DNA of 61,513 bases from an uncultured Gemmatimonadales bacterium (GCA_965651715.1 CBFGTB010000002.1:1-61513); one strand, 5' to 3'. Shown: positions 21,146-30,476, counted from the first letter of the stretch. The notes: generated by a model not told the origin, from the sequence alone. Numbers and translations are program-made.

Positions 21146-24100
21146 CAGTACGTCGGTCCGAGTGAAATGGTCCAATACGACGGCGTGCCGGGCCGCTTGA
21201 TCGGGTCGGTGTAGTCGAACCGCAGAATCAGGAAGCCGAAAAGATTGGTGCGCAGCGATGCTCCCCACGAGCGCAGCGGGGTGCGGACCGTAATCGGCGA
21301 TTCGCCCGGACGCCGGTCGCGCAGGCGAACCACGCTGCGGCTGTCCCAGGCGATGCCGGCGTCGTAAAACAGGGCGGCTTCGACCGGCGGCAGAAAGCGT
21401 GGCGCCCACTGGTACAGCGGCGACAGCAGCGGGACGCGAATCTCAGCGTTGAATACCGCCATTGAGGTGCCGACCAATTGATCCAGCGCGGCACAGCCGG
21501 TGGTGGAGTTCGCGTCGCTGCCGCTGGCCAGACACTCATTGCGCCGGAACGATCCCGAGGTATAGCCCCGGATCAGGTCGGGATAGCCAATGAACTGCGC
21601 AAAGCGATCGGCGTCGCGGCCGATCCGTCCGAAATACAACAACCGGGTCGCAAAGGTGACCGGCCCCGCGATCCGGTCGTAGCGGCGATAATCGGCGGTG
21701 AGCTGGGTATAGCGCCAGCCGCCCACGGTCTGCGAGATGGCGAAGCGGGCTCGGCGGCCGTACATCGGCCCGACAAATCCGTAGAGGGTATTGTCGTCGA
21801 CAAGGGCAATCGACGGTTCGACAAAGCCGGTCGACTCGAGCCCGAAGCGCTCGATCTCCGGGTCGCGGGTGTAGAGGCCGCTGATCGGGTCGAAGTACTC
21901 ATTGAGGCGCACTATCGCGTCGTCGACCAGGGTGCCGTTCATCCCGAATTCGATGCGGCGGAAGCGCGAGATGGGATAGGCCGCCTGGGCGAATGCCGAG
22001 CGCAGCACGATGCGCCGCACATCGGTGATCAGGACGTTCTCGGGACTGTCGGGGACCGCCGCGATTCCGCTGCCCTGGTAGAAGAAGTAGGGCTCCTGCT
22101 GCACGCCGACGGCCCAGTTGAGTCGGCGCGAGATGTTGCTGTATGCCGCCAGAACCTGGGCTTCTTCGATCCGGCCGTTGACATAGCCGGAGAACAGCAG
22201 TTGATGGTCACCCAGCATATCGGACAGCGAGATGGCGGTGCCGCCGAACACGCCCCGTCCGAAGTTGTCGCGGGTATAGCCGATTGACGGCCGGGCGACG
22301 TAGTCGGGTGAGAATCCGACATGATAGGGCCGCTCGGTGAACGAGCTGGTGTCGGGCAAGCCGAGCATGGCCGAATCGTTGAGCGCCTGAATACTGACCA
22401 GCGGTGGCGGGCGGAGCGAATCGGGGACCACACCGAGCGAATCGGCGGGACGGAGCACGCCGCGGGGCGTGATGTAGATCGCCTCGCCCCCGGTCGAGGG
22501 CGGCGTGGTGTCGGTCGTGGGCACCGGTGCCACGATCGGCGCCTGGGCGAGCTGGTCGTCGGCCGGGCGCCAGGGTGCCCGCTTGAGTTCGCGCGGATGA
22601 TCGAGGGTGTAGACGTTGTATTCGGTGTCTTCGTAGTAGACGAACGCCAGCCGATCGGCGCCATGCGCCCAGGAAATCACCGGCGACAGCGGGGTGATAC
22701 CCTGGGCACCGGTGAACAGATCGGTGAGCTGGTAGGTCTGCTGATCGGTGAAATCGTAAAGAAAGATGTTGCTCACCCCGGTCCGGTCCGAGACGTAGGC
22801 CAGCGAGCGGCCGTCGGGGGCCCACTGCGGGCTGACGTTCTTACCGGCATCGGCACCGGGCAGCAGACTGATCCGTCCGGTGGCCACATCGTAGGTCGCG
22901 ATCCGGGTGTCGCTGAAGGTGAGGCTGTCGAAGCTGGTGCCGGGGCCGCGATCGGTGGTGAAGGCGATGGTGGTGCCATCGGGGGAGTACACCGGATGGA
23001 GGTCGGCGTACTTGTCGTTGGTCAGCCGCCGCAGATCGGTCCCGTCGGCTCCCACGGTGTAGAGATCGCTCATCCCGCCCGACATACCGCTGAAGACGAT
23101 GGTGCGTCCATCGGGAGAGAAGGTCGGTGTGGTCACGCCGCTCAGCTCCACCGGAATCCGGCGAATCTCGCGGTTGTTGATCGGATCCATGATGACGATG
23201 TCATCGTGGGCACCGCGTTTGGCGGCGAAGACCAGGTAGCGCCCGTCGGCTGACCAGGCCGACGACGAGTTGATGAAGCGGAAGGTCTCGTAGTCCGAAC
23301 TCCAGGTGCTCTTGAGCAGTCGGCGAATCCGGTGACCGCTGGGCACGTCGGCCAGGTAGAGGTCGACGAAGAAGAAATCGGCTTCGGAGTAGTAGGCCAC
23401 GCGGGTGCCGTCGGGCGAGAGGGCCGGCGCGAGGTGGAGCGTGCCGTCGCTCTGATCCTTGGTCAGCACCGGCGTCGCCACATCCCGGGCCAGAGACTGC
23501 TGTTGCAGTTGCGGCAGGTATTCCTTCTGCACCGCATCGCGCCACTGATCGCCGAGCTGCACGAAATCGAGCCCGATCACGCGCCGCATCGCACCCTCGA
23601 GCGAGCCACTGCGTGAGGCCGCGAGAATCGCGCCGATCGCTTCATCGCCCCAGCGCGCCCCGATGTAGCTCACGATCGCCTGGCCAAAGCGATAGGGGAA
23701 GATGGTGGGGTCGGTTTCGAGCTGACGGATGGTGGGCAGCTTGCCCTGGACCGCCGCGTCGCGGAGCCACATGGCCGTGTTGGGGTCGACCGGACCGACC
23801 GACAGATATTCGGCCATGCCCTCCACGAACCAGAGCGGTGGATTGACGGCGATGATGGTCTGCAACCCGCCGCCGGCTCGTCCGCCTGACCAGACGTCGT
23901 ATTGGAACTGGTGCACCATTTCGTGTTGCAGCACATGCGCCACGTCCTGATAGGCGCCGGTCATGGGCAACACGTTGCGATGCTTGAGGAAATCGGTGAA
24001 CCCGCCGGTGCCCTCACTCACCTCGCCCGGGGTGGTGTTGGTCTGCTGGAAGTCCGATTGCGAGGCGTAGAGAATGATCGGCTTGCGCTCGCGGAACTGG

Positions 24101-24321
24101 TGGCGCAGCACCCGGCTCAGCCGGGCATACGACCGCTCCGCCATGCGGGCGACGTCGTAGGCGGCGACCCGTTCCTCGTCGTAGTAGTAGAGATCGAAGT
24201 GCTCGGTCTCGATCACCCGGAAATCGAAGGTGTTGTATTGGACCTTGTTCTGGCCGAAATACTGGCCCATCAGCGGCCACGGCAGTAGCAGCAGCAGGGC
24301 GCACAGTGCCACACGACGCAT
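21145..24321 (-). CDS. Large outer-membrane protein: N-terminal HExxH (peptidase MA-like) region, TolB-like PD40 beta-propeller repeats, and a C-terminal Omp85/BamA-like beta-barrel
   Basis: Signal peptide MRRVALCALLLLLPWPLMGQ. HEMVH at 23911-23925. Five PD40-like repeats: SPDGTRVAYYS, SADGRYLVFAA, SPDGRTIVFSG, SPDGTTIAFTT, APDGRSLAYVS. The C-terminal roughly 350 aa alternate in beta-strand pattern and end in ...WTISLGPTY (aromatic terminus). Confidence 0.75.
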   Translation of the reverse strand: MRRVALCALLLLLPWPLMGQYFGQNKVQYNTFDFRVIETEHFDLYYYDEERVAAYDVARMAERSYARLSRVLRHQFRERKPIILYASQSDFQQTNTTPGEVSEGTGGFTDFLKHRNVLPMTGAYQDVAHVLQHEMVHQFQYDVWSGGRAGGGLQTIIAVNPPLWFVEGMAEYLSVGPVDPNTAMWLRDAAVQGKLPTIRQLETDPTIFPYRFGQAIVSYIGARWGDEAIGAILAASRSGSLEGAMRRVIGLDFVQLGDQWRDAVQKEYLPQLQQQSLARDVATPVLTKDQSDGTLHLAPALSPDGTRVAYYSEADFFFVDLYLADVPSGHRIRRLLKSTWSSDYETFRFINSSSAWSADGRYLVFAAKRGAHDDIVIMDPINNREIRRIPVELSGVTTPTFSPDGRTIVFSGMSGGMSDLYTVGADGTDLRRLTNDKYADLHPVYSPDGTTIAFTTDRGPGTSFDSLTFSDTRIATYDVATGRISLLPGADAGKNVSPQWAPDGRSLAYVSDRTGVSNIFLYDFTDQQTYQLTDLFTGAQGITPLSPVISWAHGADRLAFVYYEDTEYNVYTLDHPRELKRAPWRPADDQLAQAPIVAPVPTTDTTPPSTGGEAIYITPRGVLRPADSLGVVPDSLRPPPLVSIQALNDSAMLGLPDTSSFTERPYHVGFSPDYVARPSIGYTRDNFGRGVFGGTAISLSDMLGDHQLLFSGYVNGRIEEAQVLAAYSNISRRLNWAVGVQQEPYFFYQGSGIAAVPDSPENVLITDVRRIVLRSAFAQAAYPISRFRRIEFGMNGTLVDDAIVRLNEYFDPISGLYTRDPEIERFGLESTGFVEPSIALVDDNTLYGFVGPMYGRRARFAISQTVGGWRYTQLTADYRRYDRIAGPVTFATRLLYFGRIGRDADRFAQFIGYPDLIRGYTSGSFRRNECLASGSDANSTTGCAALDQLVGTSMAVFNAEIRVPLLSPLYQWAPRFLPPVEAALFYDAGIAWDSRSVVRLRDRRPGESPITVRTPLRSWGASLRTNLFGFLILRFDYTDPIKRPGTPSYWTISLGPTY

Positions 24322-24352
24322 CGACTGCTCCCTTCGGGCGATAGTCACGGCC

Positions 24353-24712
24353 TCAGGCGCGCGACGCCAGCACCGGCGCGTCCTGCCAGAGCCGCTCAAG
24401 GCGGTAGAAGGCCCGGGTGTCGGGGTGGAACAGGTGGACAATCACCGACATCACGTCGAGCAGGACCCAGCGGCCGCCGGTGAGTCCCTCGACGTGGTCA
24501 ACGCGGATGTCGGCCTGCGCCAGGCTGTCGACTACCCGATGAGCGATGCCGCGGACATGGGCATCGGACGTGCCCGAGGCGATCACGAAGTAGTCGGCGG
24601 CATCGCTCAGGCCGCGCAGGTCGAGCACCAGCAACTCCTTTCCCTTGCCATCGTCGATCGCGCGGACGACCCGGTCGACGGGATGGGGCAGGGCCGACAC
24701 ATCAGGCGCCAC
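24353..24712 (-). CDS. rsfS: Ribosome silencing factor RsfS (iojap-like)
   Basis: LVLDLRGLSDAADYFVIASGTSDAHVRGIA...WVLLDVMSVIVHLFHPDTRAFYRLERLW. Confidence 0.92.
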   Translation of the reverse strand: MAPDVSALPHPVDRVVRAIDDGKGKELLVLDLRGLSDAADYFVIASGTSDAHVRGIAHRVVDSLAQADIRVDHVEGLTGGRWVLLDVMSVIVHLFHPDTRAFYRLERLWQDAPVLASRA

Positions 24713-24812
24713 GGCGGCGCCCTCCTGATCGGTCGGTGAGGGTCGGCATCGTCGTCGGGGACGTTCCGACCCCTGCCCTCCGACACCAGGACCCGGTCCC
24801 GCGGGCCGGGGT

Positions 24813-24834
24813 CACCCCGCCGGACGGCGGGGTG
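24813..24834 (-). terminator. Perfect 9-bp GC hairpin downstream of rplI (possible terminator or processing site, no U-tract)
   Basis: caccccgcc-ggac-ggcggggtg in the 157-bp rplI-rsfS spacer. Confidence 0.3.
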
Positions 24835-24868
24835 GCGCGGCAGGAGATCACCTGCTCACCGCGGCTGC

Positions 24869-25318
24869 TCAACTCTCGGCGGTGATGGTGACCTTGACGT
24901 CGACGTGCACGTCGTGGTGCAGCCGGACCGGGACGGCGTGATCGCCCAGTTCCTTGAGCGGATGCTCCAGCTCAATCTTGCGCTTGTCGATCACGAAGCC
25001 CATCGTCTCGAGCTGCTGAGCGATTTCGGCACTGGTGACCGAGCCGAACAGCTTGCCATCTTCGCCCGCCTTGGCGGTGAAGTTGAGCGTCACGGCGCCG
25101 ATCTGGGCCGCGAGGGTTTCGGCCTGCGCGCGTTCGGCCGCGGCGCGGGCTTCGCGCACCCGGGTTTCGGCGGCAATCCGCTTCTTGTTGCCTTCGGTGG
25201 CGGGGAAGGCCAGGCCCTGCGGCAGCAGGAAGTTGCGGGCGTAGCCCGGCTTGACGCGCACCAGGTCGCCGGCCTTGCCGAGCGACGGGACGGCGTCACG
25301 CAGGATCAGTTCGATCAT
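24869..25318 (-). CDS. rplI: 50S ribosomal protein L9
   Basis: MIELILRDAVPSLGKAGDLVRVKPGYARNFLLPQGLA. Confidence 0.97.
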   Translation of the reverse strand: MIELILRDAVPSLGKAGDLVRVKPGYARNFLLPQGLAFPATEGNKKRIAAETRVREARAAAERAQAETLAAQIGAVTLNFTAKAGEDGKLFGSVTSAEIAQQLETMGFVIDKRKIELEHPLKELGDHAVPVRLHHDVHVDVKVTITAES

Positions 25319-26211
25319 GAGGTCGCTCCTTCAGCGGGCGCCATGCGGCGCCGGAAATCGAGCCAGGTGTCGGCGGTGCCAATCAGCACGCACGGCACAA
25401 TGGCGAACGGTAACAACAGAATCGCGGTCACGGACACCAGCACCACGAACAGCCGGGGGGCCGGCAGCAGGGAGGTCTGAACGATGGCCAACCCGCGTCC
25501 GGCATACAGTACCACCATCAACACCAGCAGATTGCGTCCGACGATGCCGACGGCCGAGTCGGGGGTCAACAGCGCCGCCGCGGCCGAGGCGATCAGCAGC
25601 CACACCAGATGGTCGCTGAAGCGCAGCAGCCGGAACGGCTGAGGTGGCGGCCCCAGCGGTCGTGATGCCAGGCGCCAGTACCAGTTCCACGCCAGATATC
25701 CGCCGGCCATGGCAAAGACCGCCAGCACGCCCGGCATCACACCGGCGGCGTCGCGAATGGCGGCAGCAATTTGCAGCGCCGCCGCTGTCACACCGGTCTC
25801 GCCCATCAGCGGCGGGCGCGCCGGCAGATCGGGGGACAACAGCCGCCAGGTCACCCAGTAGTCGTTGACGAACGCGGTGCGCAGCGTCGACCAGTGGATG
25901 CCCAGGGCGGCGAACCAGCCTGCTGTCACCACCGCACTGGCGGTGACAGCCAGCAGCGCCCGGGTGACCAGGGATCTGACGCCCCACACCGTCGCGATGA
26001 CGAAGGCGCCGGTGAAGAACGCTTCGGCGGCGCGAATGGTGCGCCCGGTCAGCGTGGCGGGCAGCCGCAGCATCACGGCCGCCAGGACGACACAGAGCCC
26101 GATCCAGAACCATTCCCGGGCCGTGCGCGGCCGCGACAGCAGCAACAGCACGGCCAAGGGCCCGAGCACAAAGGCCTTGGGCGCCACCACGAGGTAGCCG
26201 ATCAGCACCAA
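25315..26211 (-). CDS. DUF2232/YybS-like polytopic membrane protein
   Basis: Multi-TM protein ending in ...IGTADTWLDFRRR. It sits between rpsR and rplI, as yybS does in Firmicutes. ATGA overlap with rplI. Confidence 0.6.
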   Translation of the reverse strand: MVLIGYLVVAPKAFVLGPLAVLLLLSRPRTAREWFWIGLCVVLAAVMLRLPATLTGRTIRAAEAFFTGAFVIATVWGVRSLVTRALLAVTASAVVTAGWFAALGIHWSTLRTAFVNDYWVTWRLLSPDLPARPPLMGETGVTAAALQIAAAIRDAAGVMPGVLAVFAMAGGYLAWNWYWRLASRPLGPPPQPFRLLRFSDHLVWLLIASAAAALLTPDSAVGIVGRNLLVLMVVLYAGRGLAIVQTSLLPAPRLFVVLVSVTAILLLPFAIVPCVLIGTADTWLDFRRRMAPAEGATS

Positions 26212-26267
26212 CGGACCGAGCCATCGGATCGGGCGACGTGCGGGGACGGGATCCGGTCGGGGCGGGG

Positions 26268-26489
26268 TCAGCCCGCGAAGCCCTTGATGTACGGCAGCAG
26301 CGCAATCTCCCGGGCGCGCTTGATGGCGCGGGAAAGCTGCCGCTGATGCCGGGCACAGGTGCCGGAGAGCCGCGAGGGCAGGATCTTGCCGCGCTCGGTC
26401 AGGAACCGGGTCAGCAGCCGTTCATCCTTGAAGTCGACCACGCGGATGCCGCTCTCACAAATGGCGCAGGTCTTATTCGGGCGGGCCAT
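26268..26489 (-). CDS. rpsR: 30S ribosomal protein S18
   Basis: [50 protein letters not shown]. Confidence 0.97.
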   Translation of the reverse strand: MARPNKTCAICESGIRVVDFKDERLLTRFLTERGKILPSRLSGTCARHQRQLSRAIKRAREIALLPYIKGFAG

Positions 26490-26824
26490 TATTCGTCCTC
26501 TCCGTCACGATCGGTGGGCGCAGTCGACATCACGGCCCCTTCGTCGAGGACGATCAGGTGCCGCAGCACGCTGTCGTCGAGCTTGAGTGCGCGCTCGAAC
26601 TCGGGCAGCATTTCAGGCGTGGCATCGAACTTCGCCACGACGTAGAAGCCGGTCTCACGGCCGGCAATGGGGTAGGCCATGGTCCGCTTGCCCCAGAGGT
26701 CGAGCGCGATCGGCTCGCCGCTCTCCTGAGGGATCAGCGCATGGTGCTTGTTGAGTGTTTCGGTGATGGCGTCTTCCTCGAGGGTACTGTCGAGGATGTA
26801 GACCGCCTCGTACGTGCGGGACAT
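26489..26824 (-). CDS. rpsF: 30S ribosomal protein S6
   Basis: [18 protein letters not shown]...[10 protein letters not shown]. Acidic C-terminal tail. TAATG junction with rpsR. Confidence 0.95.
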   Translation of the reverse strand: MSRTYEAVYILDSTLEEDAITETLNKHHALIPQESGEPIALDLWGKRTMAYPIAGRETGFYVVAKFDATPEMLPEFERALKLDDSVLRHLIVLDEGAVMSTAPTDRDGEDE

Positions 26825-26853
26825 CGGCACCTTCCTTCGGTCTGGGGAAATCG

Positions 26854-26878
26854 CCCCGGAGCTGGTGCGGCTCCGAGG
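26854..26878 (-). promoter_or_regulatory. 9-bp hairpin in the rpsF 5' leader (candidate S6:S18 autoregulatory element)
   Basis: On the minus strand: CCUCGGAGC-CGCACCA-GCUCCGGGG, about 30 nt upstream of the AAGGAAGG Shine-Dalgarno and the ATG at 26824. Confidence 0.3.
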
Positions 26879-27027
26879 AGGATGAGTTGTGACAACGGCG
26901 CAAAGATAACGGCGCCGGGAGGGCGGGGGTAGGGCCCCTGCCGCTGCGGCGCGGCCCCGGGCAGGGTATGCTTGTATGGCCATTGCCATGTTCCCCGGGA
27001 GTACTGCCGACCAGAAAGGACCCTACC

Positions 27028-28125
27028 ATGCCGACCACGGGTCGCCCGCGCGCCGTGTGGCGCTGCCTGCCGTGGCTCATGCTGATCGCATGCGCCAACC
27101 CCGAAGCGACCGAGAGCATCTCAGCGACCGTCCCGGTCCCGGTGTTCGATATCGTCGGGACCAGTGATTCCGGTGCCGCGTTCATGGATGTGAACGATGC
27201 GACCATGCTGGCCGATGGTTCCATCGTGGCGGCCGACCCCGAATTGAATCGTCTCGTGGTCCTGGACACCGCCGGGCGGGTGGTGCGGACCATCGGCAGA
27301 CCGGGGGACGGGCCGGGTGAGTTTCGAATGGTGGCCGCAGTCGAGCAGTGCCTTCCCGACACCTTGTTTGTCTGGGACAGGGGCCACTCGGGCGTAACAG
27401 TCCTGAGCGCATCGGGCGACTTCGTCAGGCAGTTCCGGTTGCCGGAGGCGCCGTTTCGGGTGAGCTGCAACCGGGCGGGGACGCTGCTGCTGATGATGCG
27501 GCCCACCGAAGCCGCGGCGGCGACCGGATCTGCCACGACCTTGCGGGCGCGGACCGTGCTCATGAATGCCCTGGGCGACAGCATCGGAACACTCGGCGAG
27601 ATCGATGCCGGCGAGAACCGGCTGCTCGGTCCCCAGACCAGATTGTTGGCGGGGGCCGATGTCTACGTGATCGGGACCGGTGTCGAGCCGTCATTCGAGT
27701 TGATCGATCCCAGCTCAATGCAGCGGCGAGTTATCACATTCGATCTGGCGGTGCGCCCGCCGACGCAGGCGATGTACGAGCTGGTGGTCGACCGACAGCT
27801 CGAGGCCATGGGACCGAGTCCGGTCAATGCCCAGTTGCGAGAGCGGATGCTCGCCATGCCGATGCCCGAGCGTCTTCCCGCCTACCGCGAGGCCTTCATG
27901 ACGCCCGCGGGCGTGTTGTGGGCGCTCTCGTCGTTTCCCGGTGACACCACCACCACCCTCCACGGCATGACCACCGACGGCGCCGATGCCGGCACGCTGG
28001 TCCTGCCGCATGAGCTTGAGGTCTTCGAGGTTGGAACGAATCATCTGGTGGGGCGCTATCTCGATCAGGAATCGGTGCCGCACCTGGTGTCCTACCGACT
28101 GCCCGCTGCTGCCGCAGCACCATGA
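27028..28125 (+). CDS. 6-bladed beta-propeller-like lipoprotein (paralog 2 of 3)
   Basis: AAGGA lies 7 nt upstream of the ATG. Lipobox WLMLIAC. The motif LVVLDTAGRVVRTIGRPGDGPGEFR aligns with the gene at 13165. Confidence 0.65.
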   Translation: MPTTGRPRAVWRCLPWLMLIACANPEATESISATVPVPVFDIVGTSDSGAAFMDVNDATMLADGSIVAADPELNRLVVLDTAGRVVRTIGRPGDGPGEFRMVAAVEQCLPDTLFVWDRGHSGVTVLSASGDFVRQFRLPEAPFRVSCNRAGTLLLMMRPTEAAAATGSATTLRARTVLMNALGDSIGTLGEIDAGENRLLGPQTRLLAGADVYVIGTGVEPSFELIDPSSMQRRVITFDLAVRPPTQAMYELVVDRQLEAMGPSPVNAQLRERMLAMPMPERLPAYREAFMTPAGVLWALSSFPGDTTTTLHGMTTDGADAGTLVLPHELEVFEVGTNHLVGRYLDQESVPHLVSYRLPAAAAAP

Positions 28126-28155
28126 TGTCACTGTCCCTCCCGCAGTGCCGCACGG

Positions 28156-28189
28156 AAAAACCCGGCTCGCTTGAGAGCGATGCCGGGTT
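28156..28189. terminator. Bidirectional intrinsic terminator between convergent paralogs
   Basis: ggaaaaa-cccggctcgct-tgag-agcgatgccggg-ttc. The stem is about 13 bp with one bulge, flanked by an A-run on the left (a U-run for the minus-strand transcript). Confidence 0.6.
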
Positions 28190-28221
28190 CGTCCTGCGTC
28201 GAGCGCTGAGGAACGTGACAG

Positions 28222-29367
28222 CTAGTGCTGGAGCCGCATCCAGATCACTTCCTGCGGTTCGCCCATGGTGGGGCGATGGACCAGCAGCGAGTCGCCTTCG
28301 GCCAGCAGGATCCGGGCATCGATCGAGAGGGCGAAGCTGTCGATCAGCCTGCCATCCGGTCCGATCCGGTAGTAGCTGATCGAGTCGCGGCCGGGAGCCA
28401 CGGCTCCCGCGGCGATGATGGTGCCGGTCGGCGTGGTCGCCAGGCCGCTCACGGCCGGGATGATCGAGTCGGAGCGCTGACGCATGGCGGCAAAATCGAT
28501 CGAGTCAAACGGCAGCAACTCGGCGGCCGCCCTGACGGCTTGTTCCCGCTGATCCAGCGCCGCCTGATCGACCCGCGGCCCCGGTGGACCGTTCAACCGC
28601 CAGAGCGGCACGCCGTCGGGGCTGCGCCGCTCGATCTCGAAGGGCGAGCCGGGGGACCAGACAATCCCGCCATCGGGCGTCAACGCCCAGACCGGGGTGG
28701 CACTGATCAGCGCCGGCATCGGAGCGCGGGAGCCACCCTCGCGCATCCAGGGCACGGTGGTCACCAGCAGGTCGCTGCCCAGGCTGTCACTCACTCGCCG
28801 GAGACGGGTGACGCGCAGCTCGCCCCGCGCCGGCGTTGACCAATCGGCGTAGGCCTGCCTGACGATGGCGCCCTGTGAGAAGCCCACCACCGCGAAGGGA
28901 CCGGCCGACTCGATCGGTTGGCGACGGGTGACCCGACCGGCGCGATCGAGGGTGCTGAAGGTGAATCGGGTGCCCTGAGCCTCAATCATTTCGTAGCCGC
29001 GCCCCTTGGCGCGGAGCGCAATCACAAACTGGTATTGACTTGTGGTGTCGCTGCCGAAGCTGCCCAGCGGGGTGAGCGCGGTATCGCCGGCCTGCCAGAT
29101 GCCCACCGTGTGGCCCGGTTCCCAGAGCGCGATCCGGTCGGCGTCGAGCCGCGCGGCAATCGGCTGGCGCAACGGGCAGGCGTCGTAGCCGGTGGCCAGA
29201 CAGAGACGGGCGCCGGGGGTGACGCTGTTCACCGGCAGGGCGGCCAGGTCGGCCTCGGTCACCGTGCGTGTCGTCGGTTCAGTCGCGGGACCGCGGCTGG
29301 GACCACTACACGCCGTGACCGCGACCGCGAGCAACGTGACAAGTGTGCGCGACCCAGATGCAATCAT
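28222..29367 (-). CDS. 6-bladed beta-propeller-like lipoprotein (paralog 3 of 3, more divergent)
   Basis: Lipobox LLAVAVTAC. Similar length and a C-terminal pattern (...LLVHRPTMGEPQEVIWMRL) resembling the other two copies. Confidence 0.5.
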   Translation of the reverse strand: MIASGSRTLVTLLAVAVTACSGPSRGPATEPTTRTVTEADLAALPVNSVTPGARLCLATGYDACPLRQPIAARLDADRIALWEPGHTVGIWQAGDTALTPLGSFGSDTTSQYQFVIALRAKGRGYEMIEAQGTRFTFSTLDRAGRVTRRQPIESAGPFAVVGFSQGAIVRQAYADWSTPARGELRVTRLRRVSDSLGSDLLVTTVPWMREGGSRAPMPALISATPVWALTPDGGIVWSPGSPFEIERRSPDGVPLWRLNGPPGPRVDQAALDQREQAVRAAAELLPFDSIDFAAMRQRSDSIIPAVSGLATTPTGTIIAAGAVAPGRDSISYYRIGPDGRLIDSFALSIDARILLAEGDSLLVHRPTMGEPQEVIWMRLQH

Positions 29368-29378
29368 GATCGAATCCC

Positions 29379-30476
29379 TCAGGTGTTGAAACGGAACAGC
29401 ATGATATCGCCGTCGCGCACCACGTACTCCTTGCCTTCGGCGCGCGAGAGTCCCTGCTCGCGGGCGGCTTTCCAGCCGCCGACCCTGACGAAGTCGTCGA
29501 ACCCCACTGTTTCGGCGCGAATGAACCCGCGCTCGAAGTCCGAGTGAATGACGCCGGCCGCTGCCGGTGCCTTGGCGCCGGCCGGAATGGTCCAGGCGCG
29601 GACTTCCTTTTCCCCCGCGGTGAAATAGCTCTGCAACCCGAGCAGGCGATACGCGGCACGCGCCAAGCGGTCGAGCCCCGATTCCTCGACGCCGAGACTG
29701 GCCAGGAACTCCTGGCGATCCTCGGCCGGGAGTTCGGCCAACTCGGCTTCGACCTTTGCCGAAAAGATGACCACCTCGGCCGGGTCCTGCGCATCGGCCA
29801 GATCGCGGCGCAGCGCCGCCACTGCCGCATTGCCGTCCACCAACTCGTCCTCGCGGACATTGGCGGCGTAGAGCACCGGTTTGGCGGTGAGCAGATTGAA
29901 GCCGTGATAGGCTGCGGATTCGGCGTCGCTCGGAACCACGCTGCGGGCCATCCGGCCGGCCGCGAGTGCCTCGAGCAGCCGTTCCAGCAGCGCCTTCTCG
30001 AGCCGGGCCTGGGCATCGCCGGTCTTGGCGGTGCGGCTGGTCTTGTCGAGTCGCTTCTCGACCGACGCCAGATCGGCCAGCGCGAGTTCGGTGGCGATGA
30101 TCTCCTTGTCGCGGACCGGGTCCACGCCGCCGACAACGTGCTGAATGTCGTCGTCGTCGAAGCAGCGGACCACTTCGACGATGGCGTCGACTTCGCGGAT
30201 ATTGGCAAGGAACTGATTGCCGAGGCCTTCGCCCTGGGAAGCGCCCTTGACCAGGCCGGCGATATCGACGAACTGCACTGTCGCAGGGACTGTGCGTTCC
30301 GGATTGACGAACGCGGCGATCCGGTCGAGTCGGGTGTCGGGGACCTCGACCACACCGGTGTTGGGTTCGATGGTGGCAAAGGGATAGTTCGCCACCAGCG
30401 CGCCGGCCTGGGTCAGCGCATTGAAGAGCGTCGACTTGCCGACATTGGGGAGACCGACGATGCCGAGAGAAAGCAT
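29379..30476 (-). CDS. ychF: Redox-regulated ribosome-binding ATPase YchF
   Basis: GIVGLPNVGKSTLFNALT, DIAGLVKGAS, and the C-terminal TGS-like IMLFRFN. Confidence 0.97.
   Translation of the reverse strand: MLSLGIVGLPNVGKSTLFNALTQAGALVANYPFATIEPNTGVVEVPDTRLDRIAAFVNPERTVPATVQFVDIAGLVKGASQGEGLGNQFLANIREVDAIVEVVRCFDDDDIQHVVGGVDPVRDKEIIATELALADLASVEKRLDKTSRTAKTGDAQARLEKALLERLLEALAAGRMARSVVPSDAESAAYHGFNLLTAKPVLYAANVREDELVDGNAAVAALRRDLADAQDPAEVVIFSAKVEAELAELPAEDRQEFLASLGVEESGLDRLARAAYRLLGLQSYFTAGEKEVRAWTIPAGAKAPAAAGVIHSDFERGFIRAETVGFDDFVRVGGWKAAREQGLSRAEGKEYVVRDGDIMLFRFNT

Noticed and set aside
25331-26356. A 341-aa minus-strand ORF overlapping the DUF2232-like gene in another frame and running into rpsR.
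   Set aside because: It is Arg/Pro/Gly-rich with no hydrophobic helices. The alternative frame (25315..26211) gives a coherent polytopic membrane protein that is ATGA-coupled to rplI.
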